Shown here: positions 20,098-28,700 of the stretch, piece by piece
Position numbering within the stretch: position 1 is the first letter of the stretch
Layout: every line of letters begins with the position of its first letter
Assembly (NCBI GenBank): GCA_051883515.1
Contig: JBJETW010000009.1
Span: forward strand, 421 to 64,420
DNA length: 64,000 nucleotides
From: Candidatus Onthoplasma sp.
Lineage (GTDB): Bacteria; Bacillota; Clostridia; Christensenellales; UBA1242
Reading direction: 5' to 3'
Program-made: the position numbers and the translations under genes
The notes under the pieces: model-generated
What the model saw: only the letters and a program-made list of their open reading frames with translations
Databases searched by the model: none
What the model was told of the DNA's origin: nothing

Positions 20098-22605
20098 ATG
20101 GATATAGTATTTGAAAAGATTTATGACTTCTTTATTTCACTTCAAAAGTTTAATTTAAATTATAGCAAAATATTTATTGCTGCTATAAGTGTATTTTTGT
20201 TTACAACAATTTGCATATTGATTTCAACATCTCGTGCTTATGAGTCTAGACTTATTAAAGCGATTGATTCATTAAACAATTATTTTATTGAAAATCCTCA
20301 AATCAATGAGGAAAATTTGGTTGCGTTCAATAAGAAAATGAAGTCTAAAAAGATTCCAGCAAAACTCAGAAAACATTGGCAACAATTTGTTTTATATAGA
20401 GAAGACAAAGCAAGTCACTACATGTCTTTTGAAAATTGTGTTTCAAGTCCACTTAGAAACAGCACATTTAAACGTGATATAACAATTTTAAATATAATTA
20501 CATATATCATTTTCTTTGCTTCAGTTTTGTTGAACATTTTCTATACATATGAATCGAGCGATTTGAATATTATTCTTCAAAATGTTTTATTAGGGCCAAT
20601 TTTAATTTTAATTTTGAATTATATAATAACAATTTTCCTAACATTTAGACACAATGCAATTGTGAGTGATTTATATCAAAATTATCAATACTTTGAAATT
20701 AATATCGACAAGGCAACTGAAACTTTACCTGAATATGTAGACTACGAAATTTTATTCAGCAAACAAGAAATCAAAAGAGGAATTCCAATTCTTTACACAT
20801 ATCTTCAAAAAAGAGCTGAAGAAGAAAAACGCGAACTCGAAAGAGCAAGACTCAAAAATGTTGAACACGAGAGATACAATTTTGACGAAGCGGGAATTGA
20901 TGGCTCATTAGTTTTGGAAAGAGCTATGCAAGAAGCGGAAAACTACATTGCTGAAAGAAAGAAATTCAATCAAGACACTGAGCAAATCAACTCTGACATA
21001 AACGCTGAAGACCAGCAATATAGAGAAATCACAAAAGAATATAACAGACAGATGCAAGTCAGCCGTGAAACATTTGCAAATTTCAAACAACAACTTGAAG
21101 AATCTGAATCAACAATTGAAATTAACTACTTAAAGAAACAACAACAACAAGAACTTGACAGACAAAGAAATTTGGAAAAAGAATTTGACACGGCAACCGA
21201 GCGTCATAAAAAGATTATTGAAGGGTTCCATAATGAACTTGACGAAATTGACAAATTCCGTGAACAAAGCAGACAAGCTTTGGAAAGTGCTATGATGAGC
21301 GAATTTGCAACATATAGCGAAAAAGTTTTGGAACAAGTTAAAAAAGCGGTTGAAGAAAGAGAAAAATCAAAAATTGATGCAATTAATGCTGACATGAAAA
21401 AGTTGGAAGAAAAACTTGCATCAAAAGATGAAGAATTGTCAAAAGCGTATTCAAAAGCAGAACAACTCTCAACTCAGTTAGAGCAAGAGAAACAAAACAA
21501 TCAAATTCAAAATCAAGAATTTGTTGATTCTCAAATTGAAAACCCAGTTGAAGACATGGAGCAATACGAAAATTTTAATCAACCAACAAATGAAATACAA
21601 AATCAATTTGAAGAAGTAAATGATTACAACGAAGAGCCATATTATTCTGAACAACCTGAGGAAAATTTTGCGGTTCAAGACGAAGAGAATAAACAAAGCG
21701 AAGTTCAAGATTTAACTGATGAAAATCAAATTGAAGAACGCTACATTGATTCAGCAATTGAAGCATCAAATGAATTAGACGCTCCAATTATAGAACAAGA
21801 TAGTCAACAAGAAAGCCAAGTTGGTGAAACAGGGGAATCGCCAATTGACTCCATCATTCAAGAAGAAAGCGTTGCGGTTGCAGAAAAACCTAAGAAAAAA
21901 GCAGGAAGACCACGAAAAAATGTTTCAGGCGAAGTGAAAACAGCAAAGAAACGTGGCAGACCTAAAAAGGTTAAAGAAGAAATAGAAACTCCATCAAAAA
22001 AGAAACGCGGAAGACCTAAAAAAGAGCAAAAAGAGATAGTTGCAGAAAAGAAACATCCAGGTCGTCCAAGAAAAGTGGATTCAACGAAAGTTCAAGTTGT
22101 TGAACCAAAGAAAAAACGTGGTCGTCCAAGAAAAGTAGATATAAGCAAAGAAGAAGTCGTTGAGTCAAAGAAAAAGCGTGGCAGACCAAAGAAAAATCAA
22201 GACACATTAAACAATAATGTGACAGTAAAAACTGAAAAATCTGCCAAAATAAGCTCAACAGGCAAAAAGAAACGTGGCAGACCGGCGAAAAATAAACCAG
22301 TTGAAGAAAAAGTGGAAACAGCCAAACCAAAGAAACGCGGAAGACCTAAAAAAGTTAAAACCCAAGAAAACGAAAGTGTAGAGAACGTAAAGACACCATC
22401 AAAGAAAAGAGGTCGTCCAAGAAAATCAACTGGCGAATCTGAAAACCCACAGCAACCAGGTCAATCAACAGAAGAAATTGATTCATACTTAAAGAAAATT
22501 GACGAAGAGATTGCAAAAGAAAATGTCAAGTTCGAAAAAGCTAAAAAAGCTCTTGAAAAAAAGACAAAAATAAGGAATAAAAAAACAAAAAAGTCATCTA
22601 AATAG
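20098..22605 (+). CDS. Membrane-anchored coiled-coil protein with an acidic linker and nine C-terminal AT-hook (RGRP) motifs
   Basis: Three N-terminal TM segments. Long E/K/Q-rich heptad-like region. The GRP core appears nine times within K/R-rich context (nt about 21890-22430). AGGGGAA SD. A terminator hairpin lies at the stop. Confidence 0.85.
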   Translation: MDIVFEKIYDFFISLQKFNLNYSKIFIAAISVFLFTTICILISTSRAYESRLIKAIDSLNNYFIENPQINEENLVAFNKKMKSKKIPAKLRKHWQQFVLYREDKASHYMSFENCVSSPLRNSTFKRDITILNIITYIIFFASVLLNIFYTYESSDLNIILQNVLLGPILILILNYIITIFLTFRHNAIVSDLYQNYQYFEINIDKATETLPEYVDYEILFSKQEIKRGIPILYTYLQKRAEEEKRELERARLKNVEHERYNFDEAGIDGSLVLERAMQEAENYIAERKKFNQDTEQINSDINAEDQQYREITKEYNRQMQVSRETFANFKQQLEESESTIEINYLKKQQQQELDRQRNLEKEFDTATERHKKIIEGFHNELDEIDKFREQSRQALESAMMSEFATYSEKVLEQVKKAVEEREKSKIDAINADMKKLEEKLASKDEELSKAYSKAEQLSTQLEQEKQNNQIQNQEFVDSQIENPVEDMEQYENFNQPTNEIQNQFEEVNDYNEEPYYSEQPEENFAVQDEENKQSEVQDLTDENQIEERYIDSAIEASNELDAPIIEQDSQQESQVGETGESPIDSIIQEESVAVAEKPKKKAGRPRKNVSGEVKTAKKRGRPKKVKEEIETPSKKKRGRPKKEQKEIVAEKKHPGRPRKVDSTKVQVVEPKKKRGRPRKVDISKEEVVESKKKRGRPKKNQDTLNNNVTVKTEKSAKISSTGKKKRGRPAKNKPVEEKVETAKPKKRGRPKKVKTQENESVENVKTPSKKRGRPRKSTGESENPQQPGQSTEEIDSYLKKIDEEIAKENVKFEKAKKALEKKTKIRNKKTKKSSK

Positions 22606-22616
22606 ATGACTTTTTG
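22590..22616 (+). terminator. Rho-independent terminator
   Basis: aagtcatcta / tagatgactt stem spanning the stop codon, followed by a T-run. Confidence 0.7.
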
Positions 22617-22652
22617 TTGTTATTTAGTGTTAACATCAATGAATTTCATAAA

Positions 22653-22847
22653 CTATGCATTTAATGCTTTTAAAACTTCATCAATATCTATTTCATGCAC
22701 TTGACATGCTTCTTCAAGCGTTTCCATTTGAGAACATGGACAATATAAGCAATGCATGCCGAATGACATTAAAATTTCTTCAGCATTTTCATGATTTTCT
22801 AAGATATAACCGAGTGTGTCAGTTTTTTTGAATTTTAATTTTTTCAT
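22653..22847 (-). CDS. DUF1858 (hybrid-cluster-protein-associated redox disulfide) domain protein
   Basis: FGMHCLYCPCSQMETLEEACQVHEIDIDEVL matches the DUF1858 core. AAAGGAGAA SD before ATG 22847. Confidence 0.8.
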   Translation of the reverse strand: MKKLKFKKTDTLGYILENHENAEEILMSFGMHCLYCPCSQMETLEEACQVHEIDIDEVLKALNA

Positions 22848-22984
22848 ATTTTCTCCTTTCAAATTTTTTGACATATGCTACATTTAATATTATACCCCAA
22901 AAAAGATATTAATGCAAGAGATTTTGTATTTTAGAGCAATCTGCACAAACTAAAACAACTGCTTTTCACGAATAATTTTTATTG

Positions 22985-23013
22985 TTGACATATAAAAATG
23001 AAAATAGTATAAT
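22985..23013 (+). promoter_or_regulatory. Perfect consensus sigma70 promoter placed for a leaderless transcript
   Basis: TTGACA (22985-22990), 17 nt, TATAAT (23008-23013), 7 nt, ATG 23021. No SD. The listed ORF start 22982 lies inside the promoter. Confidence 0.65.
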
Positions 23014-23020
23014 CAAAACA

Positions 23021-25312
23021 ATGATAAAAGCCCTTTTAAATAAACTTTTTATGGTCTTATATTATATCGTTGGTGCAATGATTCTGGAATTGGTCACATT
23101 CCACATTCTTGGGTTAGGAGTTGCACCTGATTATTTCTTTATGAATTTTGCTATATTGTTTTTTGGAGCAATTTTAGTTTTTGCCATTCCAAATTATACT
23201 GCGCAATATGTGGTTTATTCTGTTTTATTGGTTATTCAAGCAATTTTTATGTATGTAAATTATTCGTTGATAACAATATATGGAGACTTGTTTTCGATTG
23301 AGATGTTGCATCTTGTTGGAGAGGCAAATGCGGCAATAACAGCAAATTTTGTGTATTTTTCAGTAATTTTACAGTTAATTTCGGTGGTTTTATCAATTCT
23401 TATTATTGGCGGAATAATGCTACGACACTGTAAAAAAGAAAAAATAAATATAAAACAACATTTTTCAGTTTTTAATGTGATAATATTAATTGCGTGTGAA
23501 AGTTTTTCTTTGGGTTATGTGGTCGACAAAAGGCATGAAATCAGTGACTATAAGTCAATGTATGTGACAAGTGATGCATTTTTAATGAACACATCAATAA
23601 TGAAAACATCAAGTTATAAAAAATTTGGTACATTTGGATATTTTACCAATCTAGTATTTAATAAGTTTAGCGATTTTAACGCTTCTCAAATTGATGCGAC
23701 ACTTTCATATTTTAATTCAGGAAAGATAATAAACGAAACAAATCTTGCAAAAGTTTCAGATGGAGAAACTGAAAAAGAAATCAATATGTTTGGAGCTGCC
23801 AACAGAACTTCTGGAGATGTTGAGACGAAACAAGAAAATGTTATTGTCGTAATGATGGAATCGCTTGAATGGTTTTGCTTTGGAGATGGGACTTATGACC
23901 CAACCTTAGAAAACTTATCTAGCTCAACGGCACAGGTTTTGATGCCAAATATGTTCTCTTTAATAAGTTCTGACAGGACAATGAGTGCACAAAACTTTTT
24001 TGCAAAATCAAAGACAAATTATTCTGAAGCATTTGGAATTTTGGGATATTATCCGATTGGCGGAGCACTTGCAGAAACTGCAGGTGAGAACTATGATAAA
24101 TCAAGCAATGCGTTTGGATATTCTATGCCAAATATTTTAGATGAAAAAGGATATAACACAACATACATTCATTCGCACAATTCTTCGTTTTATGATAGAA
24201 ATTTAACTCATAATAACATTGGTTTTGCAAATTTTTATTCACGTGAAAACTTAACTGATGCTGATGGAAATCGAATTTATTCTGGTGGTGAAATTGAATG
24301 GGCTCATTGGGACGGAGAAGGTGAATTTGCAAAAAAATCAATTGACAAAATAATTCCTTATGATGAAACGAGCACAGAAAATCAACCATTTTATACATTC
24401 TATTTGACGGTGTCAACGCATGGTGGGTATGAATATAGCGAAACCGAACTAGACAGCATGAGATATCGTGACTTTGTTATGTTTGGGCCAGACCTTTGCG
24501 AAAAGGTAAATATTACATTTGATGGAAAAACAACATGGGTTTATAAACTTAAAGGTGAAGTCAAAGCTGAATGTAATTTTGACGAAGACAATTCAAAATA
24601 TGTTTTAAAAAATGATTCAACCTATTCTTATTCTGATTGGTACAAAAATGTATTAAAAAATTATAGTAGTGATGACGAATTAATCAATATGCTAATATAC
24701 TATCAAAGCGCCGCATGTGGACTTGATGAGGCAATTGGTGTGATTGTTGACACATTAAAAACGAAAGGGATTTATGACAACACAACTTTGATGCTATATT
24801 CCGACCATTATAGTTATTATAATTTGTTGTCCAACAGAATAAAGAATAAGCCACTCACTGAAATTGGTGATATTGAATTGAACACAATTCCAATGATTAT
24901 TTCTAGTAAATGTTTGGAAGAATATTATAATCTTGAATTCAATGTAAAGAGAAATGGAATTTACTATTATGATAGATTCTGTTCGGCTTATGATGTTATT
25001 CCAACCTTGTTGGATATGTTGGGAATTCCTTTTAACGAAAATTTATATGTTGGACATTCACTTTTCAGGGCAACTGACTACACCTATCAAATTGGAACGC
25101 AAACAAAGGAAATGGTCATATATTATTCGAATACTGGCGGATTATTCTCAAAAGATTTGTATACGTATGATTTCTCTAAATTTATAAAACAAAATTATAT
25201 GGCAGACGAAAATACGATTGAAGTTTTCAAATCTGAAGCAATAAATATCCTTCAAAAGATAAATTATCTTCAAATTTTAAATACTTATAAATTGTATAGT
25301 AGACTGAAATAA
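23021..25312 (+). CDS. LTA synthase / sulfatase-family membrane protein (phosphoglycerol-transferase-like)
   Basis: Five or so N-terminal TM segments, then an extracytoplasmic sulfatase-like domain (VIVVMMESLEWF, YSDHYSYY). Confidence 0.8.
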   Translation: MIKALLNKLFMVLYYIVGAMILELVTFHILGLGVAPDYFFMNFAILFFGAILVFAIPNYTAQYVVYSVLLVIQAIFMYVNYSLITIYGDLFSIEMLHLVGEANAAITANFVYFSVILQLISVVLSILIIGGIMLRHCKKEKINIKQHFSVFNVIILIACESFSLGYVVDKRHEISDYKSMYVTSDAFLMNTSIMKTSSYKKFGTFGYFTNLVFNKFSDFNASQIDATLSYFNSGKIINETNLAKVSDGETEKEINMFGAANRTSGDVETKQENVIVVMMESLEWFCFGDGTYDPTLENLSSSTAQVLMPNMFSLISSDRTMSAQNFFAKSKTNYSEAFGILGYYPIGGALAETAGENYDKSSNAFGYSMPNILDEKGYNTTYIHSHNSSFYDRNLTHNNIGFANFYSRENLTDADGNRIYSGGEIEWAHWDGEGEFAKKSIDKIIPYDETSTENQPFYTFYLTVSTHGGYEYSETELDSMRYRDFVMFGPDLCEKVNITFDGKTTWVYKLKGEVKAECNFDEDNSKYVLKNDSTYSYSDWYKNVLKNYSSDDELINMLIYYQSAACGLDEAIGVIVDTLKTKGIYDNTTLMLYSDHYSYYNLLSNRIKNKPLTEIGDIELNTIPMIISSKCLEEYYNLEFNVKRNGIYYYDRFCSAYDVIPTLLDMLGIPFNENLYVGHSLFRATDYTYQIGTQTKEMVIYYSNTGGLFSKDLYTYDFSKFIKQNYMADENTIEVFKSEAINILQKINYLQILNTYKLYSRLK

Positions 25313-25337
25313 ATTTTTGGAAATTAACAAAAAAGTG

Positions 25338-25366
25338 TTGACAATGAGTAAATTATTTTATATAAT
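25338..25366 (+). promoter_or_regulatory. Consensus promoter of tRNA-Asn
   Basis: TTGACA (25338-25343), 17 nt, TATAAT (25361-25366). Confidence 0.7.
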
Positions 25367-25385
25367 AAACTTGTTTTCAACATAA

Positions 25386-25460
25386 GCCTTGATAGCTCAA
25401 TGGTGGAGCAACCGGCTGTTAACCGGTAGGTTGTAGGTTCGAGCCCTACTCGGGGCGCCA
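25386..25460 (+). tRNA. tRNA-Asn (anticodon GTT), CCA encoded
   Basis: The cloverleaf was folded by hand. Acceptor GCCTTGA/TCGGGGC (two G.U pairs). D stem GCTC/GAGC. Anticodon stem ACCGG/CCGGT with loop CTGTTAA. T arm GTAGG-TTCGAGC-CCTAC. Confidence 0.9.
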
Positions 25461-25487
25461 GCGAAATCCCTAGCATAGGGATTTTTT
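25440..25487 (+). repeat. Direct repeat copy 1 (tRNA-Asn 3' end plus terminator)
   Basis: cgagccctactcggggcgccagcgaaatccctagCatagggatttttt recurs at 25627-25675 with one loop substitution (C to T) and one extra T. Confidence 0.95.
25464..25487 (+). terminator. Rho-independent terminator after tRNA-Asn
   Basis: aaatcccta-gca-tagggattt hairpin plus T6. Confidence 0.75.
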
Positions 25488-25626
25488 GTTATGCTTTTGA
25501 AGGGCGAGAACCTAGAGATGGGGACCCCACAAACCGAAGGGTTTGAAGGGGGAAAGGAGAAACCGAGCGTCAAGCGAAAGTGCAAGCGTAAGCGAGCACA
25601 AGCAAGACGAGCGAGCGTTTGGACGC

Positions 25627-25675
25627 CGAGCCCTACTCGGGGCGCCAGCGAAATCCCTAGTATAGGGATTTTTTT
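25627..25675 (+). repeat. Direct repeat copy 2 (orphan tRNA-Asn 3' fragment plus terminator)
   Basis: Same 48-49-bp sequence as 25440-25487. It has no 5' tRNA half upstream of it. Confidence 0.95.
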
Positions 25676-25799
25676 AATCGTGTAAATTTGAAAAAGAAAA
25701 AAAATATCAAAGTCAAATTTAACAAATGAAAATTTTGCTTTGTTATTGATTTTTTATTGTGTTTATGATATAATTACAAATGAAAAACATGAGGTGTTT

Positions 25800-28700
25800 A
25801 TGGTTAAGGTCATTTCACAAGAAAAATTGTACAACAAAAATGAGTCAATTGGAATCGGTTTTGAAAATTTTTATATTAAAGATGTGCATTTGAATGATGC
25901 AAACAAAACGTATATTGATAAAGTGTTTTTAAAGGATTTAAATTATTTAGTTGACAATGATATTCACAAAGTCACATCTCTTGATGACTTTGAAAACAAC
26001 AAAAACAACATCTATTATAAAAGTGATAAGTTTACTACAAACATAAGAGTAAATTTGAATTTTCCTGTGGAAATTTTTTATAATGAGAATCAAAAATCAG
26101 ACACGATATCATTTGAGATTCAAGATGGCAAGGCGGGTTATATAAATGGAAGTATGCTTGCAACGGGGAAAGAGACTCACAACTATGCCATAAATGATTT
26201 TTCCGAAAAAAATAATTATTTGACGTTAATTTTGGAAGGTGACAATAACCTTGTTTCGTATATAAAAAAGAGTGACATTTTGGTGTCTGACCCAACAAAT
26301 CCTGCGTTTGGGTCAATAAGTTTGGAAAAATTTATTGAGAAAAATGGCATTAGGAATATCCAAGATAAAATCCAAAATTTAAATTTAACTGTTAATGGCA
26401 GAAAAGTTGAATCAATTGATGTTTCTTCAGAAATTGAAGAAAAAGGAATAGCAACGAAAGAATACATTGATTTTGCAACTCAACAAAAAGTTTTGAGAGC
26501 AGAAATTGACCAAACGATAGACGGAAAAGAATTTAAGTGTGGCGAAAATATCACTGCTGAAGATGTCAACAAAAGATTTGTGACATTAAATTACTCGCAA
26601 GATAGAGTTGAAGTTCAAGATGAAAGACCATTTAGAGCTGGCAAGACTAGACAAGCAAAATTCAACACAGCAACAGCATATCAGTCAAATTTAAATGGCG
26701 AGAAATTGAAAGTTAGAACTATCCTTGCAGGCGGATATGAACAAGTTAGTTTCATCGACAAAAACAAAGTTAACATTGAAGGTTTTGATAGACTCAATGA
26801 AGAAGAAAAGAGAAAAGCGTTGCTAAATTGCGTTGGAAAAGAAATTGAAATTAAAGAAGGCGACTTTACATTAAAAACTCTTCCTTTGACATTTGAAGAA
26901 GCTACAACTTTTTATGATGTTGTGGAAAGAATGATTCCATTGGACAACAAAACCGATAAAGTGATGGAAGACAATTCTTATTTAAAACTTGAAAACGGGA
27001 AATATGTTAGCGAAAAAAATGTGGAACCAAATTGTTTTAATTTGGCAAAAGATAATGACAAGGCTGACGCATATTTAATTTGCGTTGATAACAAAATTCA
27101 AATTGTTGACCTTGATTTTAAAAAGAAGTACGCATTTGGTGAAAACAAAATAAAATTCGGTGGAAAAGTGTTTGAGTGCGTTCCACTTGTGAGAGTTGCT
27201 TCGTCAAATTGCCAAATAATTCAAACAAAAAATGAAACTACAAAAGAAATGCACGATTGCAAATTGTTGATAAATTCAAAATTTGTTAATGGAGTTTTTG
27301 AAAAAGACGAAACACTAGTTGACAATTTTTCAGAACAAAAACAATCAGCGATTGACGAATTTACAGAAAACTATAAAAATGGAAGTTATACTCCAGATGG
27401 AATATTTGTTGATGGGGAATTCAAAAAATTTGACAATCGTCATGCAAGATATTCGCGTTCAAGCTCATTCAAAGTTGAAGATATTGCTGAAAAAGATTTG
27501 GGTTATCAATCTCTTGATTGCCACCCTTTAACATTAGAAGTTAAAGATGGGAAACTAAAACAAATTAAAGGTGGACCAAAAGTTAAATACTTAAAGCAGA
27601 CAAAAGAAATTGTCGGTGGTATTGCAAAACTTATGTTGTTTGGATATGTGGGACTTTTAACAACTCCACCAGGTTGGTTGATAGCAGTTGCTTTCCCAGC
27701 AGCAATAGGAGTTATTGGAGTGGCAGGTGTTGCCGGCATGGTTGCAACACCAATTGTTAATTCTGTTCGTTGGTTGACATCGAAAATTTCAAGAAAATTA
27801 AAAGATAAAAATGAAATTGAACATAAAGAATTTAAAAAGTCAATCGACAAAAAACTAAAGCGACTATATGCTCAAGGTTTGGAAGCGGAAGTTAGCAAAG
27901 AACAAATTTTAAATGAGTATGAAAACATCATTAAAGATGCAGACATGTTAGCGGATAGGTCAACAAACATTTCATTTAAGGTTGACGAAAATGGAAATGT
28001 TAAAGAAGTCAATTCTGACAATGCAACGCTCGTCTTGAAATATAAACAAGCAGTAAAAAGTGATTATAAAAAGCTTTCAACTCTAACAAATAAAAAGAAC
28101 AGGTTGGAAAAACTGCTTTCTGATACAAATTCATCAACCAAAAAAGAAAAAATACAAAAAGAACTTGATAGTCTCAACACTGAAATTTCAGTTGTTCAAA
28201 AAGGAATCAAAGAAATTTCAGACTCATTCCAACAAAATGCTGTCACTTATGCTCAAGACGAAGAGTATAAAGATTATGTTCAAAGAATAAATGAGACAAA
28301 AGATGTTTTGATTTTCAAACACGACATGAGAGAAACGGACAATCAAGTGGAATTTTTGAAAGATGTGTTTAGTGAACTTGCGTCAGAAAATTCATTAGGA
28401 TTAGAGAAATTAAACTCATTCTTAGGGACTGATTTTGTCAATTCTGAAGAACTCTTAAACAACATTCCTGCAAATTATGAGATTTTGGCAGGATTAAATA
28501 GTCCTGAAAAGAAGGTTATTGCGGAATCAATTTTAAAATCTGAAAATTCAGAAAATTCTTCAAACAAAAAAGACGAAATAAATTCAATTCATTTTGCAGA
28601 AGTTTGTGGACAAATTATTAATTATGTAAATAGTGTTTCTTATGACGTAAAATCAGGCAAGACCCAGTTTGACAAAGAAGGTAAATTTGGAATTTTGTCA

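Noticed and set aside
22982-23020. N-terminal extensions in the ORF track (22982, 53022, 25740, 41449, 45733, 59410, 45748, 62296, 40864, 3140, 2654)
   Set aside because: The extended starts are non-ATG or fall inside promoters, terminators or SD sequences. Internal ATGs with an SD or leaderless promoter, and homology-consistent N-termini, were preferred.
25488-25626. Intact integrated island or prophage at tRNA-Asn
   Set aside because: Only 139 bp lie between the repeats. There is no integrase, excisionase or phage gene anywhere in the window. I report it as a scar or miniature element instead.
25397-25685. ORFs 25397..25585(-) and 25491..25685(+)
   Set aside because: They overlap the tRNA-Asn gene, its terminator and the duplicated fragment. 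They are open only because of the GA-rich insert, and neither has a start context.
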